Part shown: piece after piece, positions 25,597 through 39,411 of the stretch
Layout: each line of letters begins with the position of its first letter
Numbering within the stretch: the first letter of the stretch is position 1
DNA from: Octopus vulgaris
Taxonomy: Eukaryota
DNA: 64,000 bases
Assembly (NCBI GenBank): GCA_951406725.2
Contig: OX597823.1
Location: 95,418,001-95,482,000, forward strand
Reading direction: 5' to 3'
Position numbers and translations under genes: made by a program
The notes under the pieces: model-generated
The model's database searches: none
What the model was told of the DNA's origin: nothing
What the model saw: the letters and a program-made list of their open reading frames with translations, nothing else

Positions 25597-27135
25597 TTAA
25601 CGTCTGCTTTCCATGCTAGCATGGGTTGGACGATTTGACTGAGGACTGGCAAACCACATGGCTGCACCAGGTTCCAATCTGATCTGGCAGAGTTTTTACA
25701 GCTGGATGCCCTTCCTAACGCCAACCACTCCAAGAGTTTAGTGGGTGCATACATGTGCCAACGGCATGAGTGCCATCCAGCAGCACTGGCAATGACCTCA
25801 CTTGAATGTTTTTTTCCCGTGCCACCGGCACAAATACCACTGAGGCGATGCTGGTAATGTAATGGAAGCCAGTCAGCTGCTCTAGCAACGATCACACTCG
25901 GATGGTGCTCTAGCACTCCACTAGCATGGGTGCGAGTCATCGAATTTGATTTGATTTCACTTGCCTCAACAGGTCTTCGCAAGCAGAGTTTATTGTCCAA
26001 TGAAGGAAAGGTATGCATAAGTGGGCTGGTTACACCCCTGGCATAGGTCACAAGGTTATGGTCTCACTTGGCTTGCCGGGTCTTCTCGAGCACAGCATAT
26101 TTCCAAAGGTCTCAGTCACTAGTCATTGCCTCGGTGAGGCCTAATGTTCGAAGCTCGTTCTTCACCACCTCATCCAAGGTCTTCCAGGGTGTGACACTTT
26201 TTCCCACAGCTGTCCTCATCCATTCACAACACATGACCATACCACCGCTGTCGTCTCTCTTGCACACATCTGATGCCTCTTAGGTCCAACTCTCAAGGCA
26301 CTTACATTCTGTCTAATATGCACACTGACATTACACATCCAGCGGAGCATACTGGCTTCATTCCTTGCAAGCTTACGCATGTCCTCAGCAGTCACGGCCC
26401 ATGTTTCACTGCCATGTAGCATGGCTGTTCGTACACATGCGTCATACAGTCTACCTTTTACTCTGAGCGTGAGGCCCTTTGTCACCAGCAAAGGTAAGAG
26501 CTCTCTGAACTTTGCCCAGGCTATTCTTATTCTAGCAGCTACACTCTCAGTGCACCCTCCCCTGCTACTGACTTGGTCACCTAGGTAATGGAAGCTATCA
26601 ACTACTTCTAGTTCTTCTCCCTGGAATGTGACGGAAGCTGTTCTCTGCACATTTTCAGTGTTTATTGCTCCTGAGCATCTGCCACATACAAAAACTATCT
26701 TTCCAGTTAGCCTTCCTTTGATATTGCAGCACCTCTTATGTGTCCATGGCTTACACTGGGTACATCTTATAGAGTTTCTACCTACACCTTTTCTACAGAT
26801 CGAGCAGGGTCATCTACCTGAAGGGGTTTGTGGTTTGTCTACCTTCTTCCTTATTAGGACTTTGGTTTTTGCTAGGTTGACTCTAAGGCTCTTCGATTCT
26901 AATCCTTGCTTCCACACCTGAAACTTCTCCACTAGTTCTGATAGTGACTCAGCAATTAGAGCATGGTCATCAGCATAGAAGAACTCCCAGGGGCATCCTG
27001 TCTTGAATTCCGGTGTTATTGCCTGGAGGACTATGATAAATAGGAGCGGGCTGAGAACTGAACCTTGGTGGACCCCTATCTCTACCTGGAATTCTTCACT
27101 GTACTCATTGCTAACTCTCACCTTACTGATAGCGT
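25566..27135 (-). mobile_element. 5'-truncated RTE LINE, opposite orientation to 19092-22785
   Basis: GVHQGSVLSPLLF, FYADD, LHGSETWAV; (CAT)n tail at 25566-25593; peptides nearly identical to the 21522 ORF. Confidence 0.92.
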
Positions 27136-27480
27136 CATATAAATATACAAATCTGTATGAGTTAGAGGTTAAGAAGCCATCTAAGGGATATTAAATATCC
27201 AATATGTTACTGGGTGTATACCTACGTATTTATAACCAAGTGCTTACTATTGCATGGCAATATCGCAATTGAATACTAGGTATGAGGTGGTGGTAAATTA
27301 GAAATTTAGCCAGGATTTATAAGGCAGATAAGTGAATGGAGAGGATAAACAATAGACAAACTTCAGCCAGTTAACATTCAATTAAGTATATTTATTAAAT
27401 GATTACAAACATATGTATGAGTGGTACAAATCATGAAATGGAAAAAGGCAATAACTGCATAAACAGACATATATGTACGC

Positions 27481-27532
<52 letters not shown>

Positions 27533-27800
27533 AAATGAATAATAATAGATGAATGTATGTGACCCTTCCATGAATTATGAGCAGAGAATATACAGGGATT
27601 ATCTCAAAAGGTCGATAAAAATCAAGTGTAAAGATTTCAGGTATCGTAAACCCATGGTGGGGGTGCTGGAGTGAGAAAGGTTTTTAATTTCAAACAATAA
27701 AAGAAAAAATGTCTCAAGGAATTTTGGGTTTGAAGCACCACCATTTGACCACCCACCTGGAATAAATAATAATACGAAGAAATCATTATTATAAACTTAC

Positions 27801-27943
27801 CTGTAATCTAAGTCAGGTGCAATAAAAACCATGCTTCCAATTTGTAAACCATCCATAATGGTTGAAGAGAAGAGGAAAGCTAGCATCAGTTTCTGATAAA
27901 GTCCACATCCTCCAATTGTCCCAATCACTTCTTCGTAGTCCAT
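27801..27943 (-). CDS. SLC22-family organic cation/anion transporter-like gene, coding exon 1
   Basis: ATG at 27943 in Kozak context (ttcaccATGG); MDYEEVIGTIGGCGLYQKLMLAFLFSSTIMDGLQIGSMVFIAPDLDYR is a typical SLC22 N-terminus plus TM1; donor AG|GTAAGT; 143 nt, phase 2. Confidence 0.92.
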
Positions 27944-28229
27944 GGTGAACAAACCTCTCAGAACAAATGTGTCGTCTGCTTCAAGTAATTTCTAATTGTG
28001 TCTGTTAGTGAATATGTCTGGCTACTTTCATGCATACATAATATATGTATCAGGTATGCAAGTGAGAATACCTGTAGGAGCATAATTGGTGGTATGGGGG
28101 AGAGGAGGAGGCATGGGAGTGAAGGACTAGCATTTGGGATTGGGTGTTGTATGGAAGTGAGAGGAGGAGGGGAAAAGAGAACAAGAGAAAGAGTGTGGGG
28201 AGGGGGGATTAAATGTGAGTATATCTCTG

Positions 28230-28375
<146 letters not shown>

Positions 28376-28465
28376 TATATATGCAAGGTATGTCATAATA
28401 GTTGGATGTATTTTATTTGTAATATTTGTATTTAATACATTTGTTCCAGTATGTATGTATATGTG

Positions 28466-28514
<49 letters not shown>

Positions 28515-28820
28515 TATATATCATGTGAGTGTGTGTGCATGCACACATAAATATATATATATACAATATTATAAAGTCCAACATGAGGAAATACAGGTTG
28601 CGGCAGATGTAACACCGTTTTTGCATTTAATAACTTTGATACTATATACGAGATGTTTATTAAGTAACTTTTTTTTATTGAATCCAAATTTATTGCATTA
28701 CTTAAAGAAATGAATAATAAACCAATGAAAAAAAAATCCCAGAAGTTTTAGGAAATGAGAAAGAAACTCATTTAGAAATTAGAAAACGTAAATACAAAAA
28801 AAAGCATTACTTCTGCCGCA

Positions 28821-29251
28821 TCTCTTATCTCTTATGATAAAAGGCAGGTTTTCTCTGCCTGTTCCCATGTTTCTTTTTAATACAATTCTACAATATAGAA
28901 TTTCTTCAATTGGAATTTACCTATGATTTTTCCAAGCAGATTCGATTGGGTCATGGAATGTAAATTTTTTTCAATTTGACCCCCAATTAAGCAAAAATTC
29001 GAGAAAACTCAATATTTTACGATTTGCTTTTCACATTTCAAGTGGTTTACTCCTGCTATTACCACCACACTTTCTCCTACTTTCTCTTTGCAAGTGTGAA
29101 ACTATTAAAGTGAAAGTATTTATATAACAGGGATGAGCCATTAATACTGGTCATTCTTTTTGCTAGAGGAAGATCCGCTATGGTCTTATATGCTACACCA
29201 CTGGTTTTCAATTCATATTAATCAAATTAATATTCAATTTTTCACCCTTAT

Positions 29252-29295
<44 letters not shown>

Positions 29296-29894
29296 TGTGC
29301 GTGTGTGTGTGTGTGTATTAGCAATCCGTATAAAATTGCATCAATGGCTTAAACTTGAATAAGTGGTTTCACATAAATGGGGATAAATTAAAAAGGTTTG
29401 TTGTTATTATTATTATTACTGTTTGACTATTGTAATCACGTTTGTTGGTTCCTCGTCAGGGAAACGTTGTTGTGTTGCATTTGTTAAATAATTGTAAACT
29501 GTAACCCTCCCCCTTTCGGAGAAGGGGCCTTGGTTATTGTTTAAAAATTGAATTGTGTCCCTGTTTGGGGAAATTGACAATATTTTCACCGTCTTTACGG
29601 AAGCATTTTTGTTAAAATGCCTTCGATAGAAGAAAGTCCAAAAATGAATTTCGCTGCAGCCGTACATTGCTATACAAGAGGGAGGACAAGATCCAATTGA
29701 TCGAAATTGCAAGAGACGGGCCTACAATTCCAGTCTGTTATATATTTTGAGTATTGTTATCACTAGCGATATCAAGATATAACTTTGTATTTTGTATTTT
29801 ATGTGTAGGTGTATATATATAGATGTAGATGTAATATGTACACATATATATATACACATATATACATGCATAATATATCTACCCATACACACAT

Positions 29895-29931
<37 letters not shown>

Positions 29932-32109
29932 TAGGGGCAGGTGTGGCTGTGTGGTAACAAACTACGTTCCAAACACATGGTCCTGAGTTCAGTCCCACTG
30001 TGTGGTGACTTGGCATGTGTAGGCACAAACACTCTGTCTTCACATTTGCTGCGTGAGACATGTTTTAATGTTGACAAGCTTGCAGAGTACATAGCCGACA
30101 ATGAGTCAAAGCTCCTTCCAGAACAGAAGTTCGCTTACAACTCCGTTGTTAATTCAGTCCGGGCAAAAGCTGGGGGGATTTTTTTCCTGGACGCTCCTGG
30201 GGGCACTGGGAAAACTTTTGTCAACAAATTAATATTGGCTGAGATTAGGCGAACACAAGGCATTGCCCTAGCTGTGGAATCATCTGTAATTGCGGTTACT
30301 TTGTTGCCAGGCGGCAGGACAGCTCACTCCACTTTCAAGCTCCCGCTTGACTTAGCGAAGACTGAGACACCAACTTGCAACATCAGTAACAGCTCCGATC
30401 AGGCAGAAGTCTTCAGACGATGCAAGCTTATCGTTTGGGATTAATGCACGATGGCCCACAGACGTGCTCTTGAGGCACTAGATAGATCTCTCAGAGACAT
30501 CAAACACTCTTCAGCTCCCATGGAAGGCATAACACTTTTTCTTTCAGGGGACTTCCAACAAACACTTCCCGTCATTCCCAAAGGGACTAGAGCTGATGCA
30601 GTAAGTGCGTGTCTTAAGTCATCCACATTGTGGCCACTGGTGAAGACTCTCAAACTCCACACCAATATGCGTGCTCATATGCAACGGGATATCACATCAT
30701 CAGCATTTTCTCACATCCTCCTTGCACTTGGCGAAGGCAAAATACCAGGGGATGAAAATGGTAATATTGCCATCGATTCCATTTGTACCATTGTTAAAAC
30801 GCCTTCTGATCTCAGAGATGCAGTGTTCCCAGATCTACAAGCTAATTATCAGAATATGGATTGGATTGGCCAAAGGGCTATTCTGGCCCCGAGGAATAAA
30901 ACTGTTCACCATATTAACGATGAAATGCTAAAACTCATTCCTGGGGATGTCTATGTATATAAGTCTATCGATACAACTCCTGACACAGAGGACGTAATCA
31001 GCTATCCAATAGAGGTACTCAATTCCTTTGAGCCCCCCGGACTACCACCACACATTCTCAAACTTAAAGTTGGTGCCCCTATAATGCTCATTAGAAATTT
31101 GGTTCCCCAAAAACAATGCAATGGCACACGTTTCATCGTTAAGTCCTTATCTCCCAATCTGATTGAGGCCACCATTATCACAGGGTGCGGTCGAGGCAAC
31201 GTTGTGCTCATACCTAAGATGCATCTTTTCCCATCAGGAGCAGACCTACCTTTCATATTTCAGAGGTCCCAGTTCCCAGGAAGGCCATGTTTCGCAATGT
31301 CAATTAACAAAGCGCAGGGTCAAACACTGTCTTTGGCGGGAATACATTTGGGAGAGCCATGTTCCTCTCATGGTCAGCTTTATGTTGGCTGCTCGCGTGT
31401 CGGCAGCAACAGTGATGCTTTCGCATTCGTTCCACAACGAAAAACAAAAAACATTGTGTACAAGGAGGTTTTATAGGATTACGTTTCATCATTTTCGAAC
31501 ATGTTAGTATTTCACTTACATACGACTCTCTTTTATGATGGCATTTACATTTTTCGGCGTTTCATGACATTAATTCACACTTAACCAACACCTGTCCTTC
31601 GCTCACCTCTATTTCTATCCATTCATCATCAAACCACCAGCATCATCTTCTATATCCAACGTACATGACACATCTACCCCCTACATCTACACTCTCACTG
31701 TTAAAGTTTACATAAGCGACAACACGATCGCAACATACACTTTGGAAACTAAGCAACAGATCATTTTATACAACAACAAATTTAATCATAACGCCCATCA
31801 ATGAAAACATCTCTACCACTGTGTTGTGATTCATCTATTCAGCACCACTACAGTCTTGCCAGTCTGACATATGGTGAGTAGATGCTATTGTTCTATATTT
31901 TATAAATTACCCATATTTACTTACCCATGCTTCATTCCCCTCTTGCCTACTACAGCATGAAGTTTTGTAACAGCACATCCGCTGCCGTTCGTGGAAAACG
32001 AAGAGACCCTATTCTCAATATTTGCCTGAATAATCATCATAATTCAGTGCAATCATTAACAGTACTTTCAAGCAATTCAGCCCCGAGCATCGCCGGGCAA
32101 TTCTGCTAG
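28821..32109 (+). mobile_element. Helitron, internally deleted: Pif1-family helicase present, no Rep domain seen
   Basis: 5' A|TCTCTTATCTCTTATGATAAAAGGCAG; 3' hairpin gccccgagcatcgccgggc then CTAG|T. Confidence 0.9.
30030..31476 (+). pseudogene. Helitron Pif1-like helicase with one in-frame stop in Walker B
   Basis: DAPGGTGKT, GRTAHSTFKLP, IVWD*CTM (TAA at 30442-30444 in place of Glu), GDFQQTLPV, AMSINKAQGQT, HGQLYVGCSRV; ORFs 29941 and 30451 share one frame. Confidence 0.9.
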
Positions 32110-32416
32110 TCTCTTATGATAATCTTATGATAAAAGGCAGATTTTTTCTGCCTGTTCCCATGTTTCTTTTTAATACAATTCTTCAATATATAATTTCTTC
32201 AATTGGAATTTACCTATGATTTTTCCAAGCAGATTCGATTGGGTCATGGCATGTAAAGTTTTTTTCAATTTGACCCCCAATTAAGCAAAAATTCGAGAAA
32301 ACTCAATATTTTACGATTTGCTTTTCACATTTCAAGTGGTTTACTCCTGCTATTACCACCACACTTTCTCCTGCTTTCTCTTTGCAAGTGCGAAACTATT
32401 AAAGTGAAAGTATTCC

Positions 32417-32469
<53 letters not shown>

Positions 32470-32646
32470 TAGCAATTCGTATAAAATTGCATCAATGACT
32501 TGAACTTGAATAAGTGGTTTCACATAAATGGAAATAAATTAAAAAGGTTTATTGTTATTATTATTACTGTTTGACTGTTGTAATCACGTTTGTTGGTTCC
32601 TCGTCAGGGAGACGTTGTTGTGTTGCATTGTGTTGCATTTGTTAAA
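32110..32646 (+). mobile_element. Second, tandem Helitron 5' end (copy of 28821 to about 29490 with a deletion)
   Basis: Near-identical to 28821 onward; starts with TC immediately after the CTAG. Confidence 0.9.
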
Positions 32647-32659
32647 CAGAGAAAGCCAA

Positions 32660-33160
32660 GGAGCAGTTCTACACCAGCCTGGACACTCTTCTATGCACCA
32701 CGCCTGCCATTGTCAAGCTCATCCTGCTGGGTGATTTCAAGGCCGGGGTTGGCAGTGACAGCAACAAGTAGAAAGCACGCTGTAGGCAAGACGAACAGCA
32801 ATAGACTCCTCCTGCAGAGCTAGTGTGCAGAACATGAACTGCTCATCCCAAACACAGTCTCCAGGCAGGCTGATATATAGAAGAACACGTAGATGCACCC
32901 CCGAGCCAAACAGTGTCTTCTTATAGACTACATCATCACCCGTCGATGAGACAGCTGTGAAATCCTCACCACCAGGGCACTGCTGGACGGACCACCACCT
33001 TGTGCAGGTTAAGCTCAACACTCGCATAGTCCCCCACCATCCCAAGCACCCCAAGCTCATCAACCAGGCCTTCAACACAGTAAGACCCCAGTCTAATCAA
33101 TACTAGCAGGACTTCCTGAACAGCCTTGATGCAGAGGGAAAATGGAACCAGTTCAATGAT
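32660..33160 (+). mobile_element. Decayed LINE APE endonuclease fragment
   Basis: KLILLGDFKAGVG, HPRAKQCLLIDYIITR, WTDHHLV. Confidence 0.6.
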
Positions 33161-34082
33161 TGAAAGTCACATGTAAAACGATTGTAAAGATGTCTTGATC
33201 AGACATACCGCAGCCATGTAGGTTGTTCCCTGTCTCGATTATTTCTTATTTCTTTATTGCCACAAGGGGCTAAACATAGAGGGGGACAAACAAAGACAGA
33301 CAAAGGAATTAAGTTGATCACATCGACCCCAGTGCGTAACTGGTACTTAATTTAGCGGCAAGCTGGCAGAAATGTTAGCACGCGAAATGCATAGCCGTAT
33401 TTCGTCTGCCGTTATGTTCTGAGTTCAAATTCCGCTGAGGTCGACTTTGCCTTTCATCCTTTTGGGGTCGATTAAATAAGTACCAGTTACTTAATTAAAT
33501 AAGTACCAGCTTGTGGTCAGAGATGCACATATTGTCAGCCACTAAGGGTCATGCTGAACTGGTGAAGATCAAACAGCTGACAAGCAAATCAGTGGTATTG
33601 AGTGTAGCCCATCTTTTATACAATACAATGTACATGATAACACTTCCAACCAGTTAAAATTAGAAGCCACGAGAGCCACTACCTGGTACTGCATCAGAGA
33701 ATTTATTATTATTATTATTGTTGTTGTTGTTGTTGTTGTTATTGAGTGAGAGTAGCCACACCATCAAAGAGATGCTGAGGTATGAATATACAAAGCCCAA
33801 TATACATATCCATTGCTACGCATGTGATAAGGGTGCACCAGGCACATGCCTCACAACCATATATGCATGACATGGTGACCTCATATCAAGATAAACAATG
33901 CATGAATTTGCAGGTGTGACCCAGTTAGAATTTTCTTCAATTCAAGTAGCCTATCCTGCTCTTGTGTATGTATGTATGTATGTATGTATGTGTGGACCTT
34001 GGGAAGTGTTTTTTTTATTATTGCCTCAAGCTGACCAAAGCCTTGTGAGTTGATTTGGTAGACAGAAACTGAAAGAAGCCCG

Positions 34083-34117
<35 letters not shown>

Positions 34118-34441
34118 TATGAGTGTGAGTGTTTCCCCCCTACAACCGCTTGAAAACTGGTGTTGATGTGTCTAGCAGTTCGGCAAAAGTGATGAATAGA
34201 ATATGAGGCTTAAAAAAAGACCTGGGGTTGATTTATCCAACTAAAGTTCATCAGGGCGGTGCCCCAGTATGGCCACAGTCTAATGACAGAAGCAAGTAAA
34301 AGATAAAAGATACATACAGACAAACAGAGACAGAGAGAGTGTTGATGGGTGTATACTTCTGTAGGAGTGTATGTGGATGGACTGACGGACAGAAGATAAA
34401 TAGACAGACAGATAAATAGACAGACAGACAGACAGACAGAC

Positions 34442-34512
<71 letters not shown>

Positions 34513-34593
34513 CATACAGACAGACAGATAGATAGTTAGGCAGGTAGATAGACTGACAGATAGACAGACAGACAGACAAATAGATAGATAGAT

Positions 34594-34629
<36 letters not shown>

Positions 34630-35127
34630 TTTTTGCAGGTCATAAAAAACAGGACGTGGAGTTTATTGTGACGAGCGAGATATATGTCAAGTTTACTGGG
34701 CCATTCATTAACGAAGGGAGGCAACTGCACAAAGCCTGGGTTTCTTTTGTCTCAGATATTTCCTGAAAGCAAGTGGCCTAGTGGTTAGGGGATTGGGTCA
34801 TACTTGTTGATCGTGGGTTCAAATCTGCGAGGGAAGATTGCGTTGGCTCCTTGAGTAAAGCGCTTTATTTCACTTTGCTCGTGTACTCAGAGGGAGAGGC
34901 CCTTTGTTACCAACACTTTTTTAGTAGGTAGAAAGTTACCATTCGATGGGAGTCCTGTATCCTCAGCTTAAATAACTTTAAAAACTAGGTAAGCTTGGGT
35001 TTCATGGTCCACAGGCTCAAGTTAGGGACAAACTAGAATATTTTGGAGCCTAAAAATTTTGTAGAAGAAAAGCCTCCTCCACACATACATATTCATATAT
35101 GACCACACAAACAAACGCACACATATG

Positions 35128-35560
35128 TGTGTGTGGAAGGTGCACAGTTACAATCAAAGACTCCATCAAATGCCAGGAGAGAAAACTAGAAGTAGTTGAT
35201 AACTTCCGTTACCTAGGTAACCAAGTCAGTAGTTGGGGTGGATGCTCTGAGAGCACAGCTGCTAGAATAGGAACAGGCTGGGCAAAGTTGAGAGAGCTCC
35301 TACATTTGTTGGTAACAAAGGGTCTTTCCCTCAGAGTGAAAAGTAGATTGTACGATGCCTGTGTGCAAACAGTCATGCAACACGGCAGTGAAACATGGGC
35401 TGTGACCATTGAGGGCATGCGGAGGTTTGAAAGAAATGATACTAGTTGGATGTGCAATGTCAGAGTGCATGTATGACAAAGCGTAAGCCTCTTGAGAGAA
35501 AATGTGGTGTGCAACTGCAGTGGTATGGTCATGTGATGCATATGGACAAGGACAGCTGTG
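35128..35560 (+). mobile_element. RTE LINE fragment
   Basis: LEVVDNFRYLGNQ...RLYDACVQTVMQHGSETWAV. Confidence 0.82.
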
Positions 35561-35884
35561 ATTTTTATCATTTTTGGTAAATGTTTTGGGGACACAGCAA
35601 GCCAATGGTTGTTCTGTGTGCTCATCATCTGTTCATATTGGAGTTTCCAGCACAAATGCCAAGCAGTAAAGCATGTCATTTCCAATTTTCTGGCATAGTG
35701 AATTGCACCATGGTGCTGCTTTTCTCACAGATGGTGCACAACTGACCCAACTATACTGTGTAGTTGACAAAATAAAAAAAAATACAATGCACATGCACGA
35801 AATTAAAAATATAAAATGGTGACAATTTAGCCATCGCTCTCTGTATATACATGCATACATACATACATACATACATACATACAC

Positions 35885-35931
<47 letters not shown>

Positions 35932-35934
35932 CAC

Positions 35935-35999
<65 letters not shown>

Positions 36000-36394
36000 T
36001 ATATACACATGGAGGCCCATGGCCTAGTGGTAGGGGCAGCGGACTCGCGGTCGCAGGATCGGGCGTTGTGTGTGTTTATTGAGCGAAAACACCTAAAAGC
36101 TCCACGAGGCTCCGACAGGGGGTGGTGATCCCTGCTGTACTTGTTCACCACTCATTCTCCCACTCTTTCTTCTGTTGGCCAGCTCGCTTAGCCAGTGGGG
36201 TGGCGTCATTCGAAGGCTAAAACAATGTGAACGCATTGTGACCAGCGATGTGTAACAACATCTGATGGTCTGGTCGGTCACGTGATCACGTGATATATAT
36301 ATACACACACATACATATATATGTATATATATATACACATACATACATATATACATACATACATACATAAATACATACATAAATACATACATAA

Positions 36395-36473
<79 letters not shown>

Positions 36474-36818
36474 TAAGTACAAAGTGAGATAGGGGTTATG
36501 AGTGTAACCAACTATGGGATATCAGTTATCCAATATACTGCTGGTGTAGTACCCAAAAGGCAAATACATAAATGCTTATAATTGCAATGCAATTAATTCA
36601 TTTATTGTATTAGATGGGCGAAGGTAAAATATTTTACCTCAAATTCATAATACAAATAAGAAAATGGAGGAACAGATTCCTTTCAATCATCGACTTACAG
36701 ATATTACCAATTCATATTATTTATTAATTACTTAAATAGGAACATCCAAATCCAACAGAATAAAACAATATACATCAATAAGTCAGATAATATCATAAAA
36801 ATAATACACATAAAATGT

Positions 36819-36942
36819 ATCTCACAGCTTTTTCAGCCTGTAGATAAAGGTATCTCATTGTGCCTATATTAGTCAGATGTATTGAGGCAATATGCAGTTA
36901 AAAATTAGTTATATATATATACCTCAAGGCCTCGTCAGAGAT
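36819..36942 (-). ncRNA. Hammerhead motif, degenerate copy
   Basis: ATCT CTGACGA GGCCT...AGGCT GAAAA AGCT GTG AGAT (two substitutions in stem III and the cleavage site). Confidence 0.6.
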
Positions 36943-37041
36943 TATAAAGGACAAATATAAAAATATACAAATGCAAATACAAATATGAAACAAAATAAAC
37001 ACACACAAGAATATATATATATATATATACACACACACATG

Positions 37042-37097
<56 letters not shown>

Positions 37098-37927
37098 AGT
37101 GTATATACATACATATATACATATATATAAGTATATATATAACAATATACATACACATAAGGTTACAGATAATCAAATATATATACTGGAGTATACATAT
37201 ATATCCACATCAATGGGTACATATACAAAGTCCAAATTTCATTACATTACATAACGAAAACTATTAATATTATTATTGTTATAAATAATACCAATATTGG
37301 AATATGTGCATTCTGCTATTGACAATACATAGTAGATGGAGAATACCACATAAAGTATAATATAATATAATCTAGTGTTATATAATATAATATATTGTAT
37401 ATCACATATATAATATAGTATAACATAATATATAGACAGATGCCTATGAAAGATGCAAGCACATTAATTCAACAAATAATGTAACAAATAATGTCATTAT
37501 ATTCATATATCATACAGTCAAAATCGAAACTTCAATCTTTTTATATTCTCAACATGCTCTTGTCACCAAAGAATGTACATTTATATGGATTGTAGTACTC
37601 TGTGTCAACCAATATTCTGTGCATGTTTGAATATACAGATACAATACCAATACCAATATCAATTCCTTCTGGAAACTATCTTAAGCATGTCCTTGAGAAT
37701 GATTTTTTATGTAGTAATCTTTTATGCCCAATATTTTAAGGAACTTGTTGAACTTTTTTATGTTCTTAACATGTCCCTGTTACCAAAGACTGTATATATG
37801 TAATGTAGCAATTTGTAACAACCAATAATTAACGCAACCAAACTTCTTCATGTTACTTTTGACAATCTTTTTCCAAAAGTGAAACCGGTAAAGTAAATAA
37901 ACATCTTTAAATTGCATTTTCAAACCT

Positions 37928-37989
<62 letters not shown>

Positions 37990-38055
37990 TTGTGTATGTG
38001 TATTTTGTTTCATTTTTGTATTTGCATTTGTATATTTTTATAATTGTACTTTATA

Positions 38056-38181
38056 ATCTCTGACGAGGCCTTGAGATATATATATAAGTAACTCATTTTT
38101 AACTGCATATTACCTCAATACATCTGACTAATATAGGCACAATGAGATACCTTTATCTACAGGCTGAAACACCTGTAAGAT
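38056..38181 (+). ncRNA. Type I hammerhead ribozyme motif with intact core and an 89-nt stem II loop
   Basis: ATCT CTGACGA GGCCT [89 nt] AGGCT GAAAC ACCT GTA AGAT: stem I ATCT/AGAT, CUGANGA and GAAA cores, GUA cleavage triplet. Confidence 0.75.
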
Positions 38182-38582
38182 CCATTTTATGTGTATTATT
38201 TTTATGGTATTATCTTACTTATTGATGTATATTGTTTTATTCTGTTGGATTTGGATGTTCCTATTTAAGTAATTAATAAATAATATGAATTGGTAATATC
38301 TGTAAGTCGATGATTGAAAGGAATCTGTTCCTCCATTTTCTTATATATATATATTTTTTTTTATAGTCCACAAATGAGATCCAGAGATTCTCCGTGTAGA
38401 AGACAGTGCTCAAAAGGTTCAAACATAGATTCTGATGTCTTTACAAGGGATCAGTTCCATGGGATAAAGAATGGGTATAAGAGGGACCAGGTTGAATAAG
38501 TATAGAAGCAAATATAGGGATAAGCAACTTAGATACACCAAATGTATTAATTGAATTTAGTGCTTAATACACTTAATATATT

Positions 38583-38990
38583 AGGTTGGTGAGCTGGCAG
38601 AATCGTTAGCACGCTGAGTGACTTGCCTAGCGGTATTTCATCTGCAGTTCAACTTCCACCAAGGTCGCCTTTGCCTTTCATCCTTTTGGGGTCGATTAAA
38701 TAAGTACCAGTTACACACTGGGGTCGATGTAATAGACTTAATCCGTTTGTTTGTTCTTGTTTGTCCCCTCTGTGTTTATCCCCCTGTGGGTAATGCATAA
38801 ATAAATATATTTCATATTTTACGTTCCGAGTTCAAATTCCGCCGAGGTCGACTTTGCCTTTCATCCTTTTGGGGTCGATTAAATAAGTACCAGTTACACA
38901 CTGGGGTCGATGTAATAGACTTAATCCCTTTGTCTGTCCTTGTTTGTCCCCTCTGTGTTTATCCCCCTGTGGGCAATGAAGAAATAAATA
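38583..38990 (+). mobile_element. Tandem SINE copies with a Tx1/L1-like 3' tail (related piece at about 33245-33500)
   Basis: gagctggcagaatcgttagc head, gagttcaaattccgccgaggtcgactttgcc core, tail tgtccttgtttgtcccctctgtgtttatccccctgtggg. Confidence 0.75.
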
Positions 38991-39043
38991 TATTTCATAT
39001 ATTTGATGCATCTAATTTGCTTATCCAAATAATTGCTTCTGTA

Positions 39044-39411
39044 TCTCTCTATATATAAACGGCAAAATGTCTGTCTGTGTGTGTGTCCTATATACAAATC
39101 CACAATTGTTCAGTTAGAGGGCTCATACTCTCTATGGTCATTCAAAATCATTCAAGGGTGGTCGTGCACATCTTTACATTTCTCCAGTCACCCCACAAAG
39201 CCATTAAGAAATCAATAGAAGTGACTTTTTTGTGAATTTTGTATCCAAAACTCAATCAAAATGCCCGAAACTTGATACACCAATTGAATGCCAGCTAGCT
39301 GTATGGGATTGGTCGGAGATTTGGACAGTACTCGCGTGTATGTGCGCACGCACGCAGCTGTATATGCATGCACTAGCACTATGACCCGGTGTTGCCGGGT
39401 CATAGTGCTAG
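39044..39411 (+). mobile_element. Non-autonomous Helitron, 368 bp
   Basis: A|TCTCTCTATATATAAACGGCAAAATGTCTGTCTG start similar to the other Helitrons; 3' palindrome ending CTAG|T. Confidence 0.85.

Larger units (their letters stand above)
36656..38344. mobile_element. Element bounded by 355-bp inverted repeats (36656-37012 and 37986-38344), Penelope pLTR-like
   Basis: Arms are reverse complements; each carries a hammerhead motif; (TA)n on the inner sides; a third diverged copy lies at 43040-43400. Confidence 0.8.

Noticed and set aside
30451-31476. Host PIF1 helicase gene
   Set aside because: Intronless, carries a nonsense codon, and lies within Helitron termini
37530-37930. Possible RT remnant between the 355-bp inverted repeats
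   Set aside because: No convincing RT or endonuclease motif could be read by eye; needs a translated search
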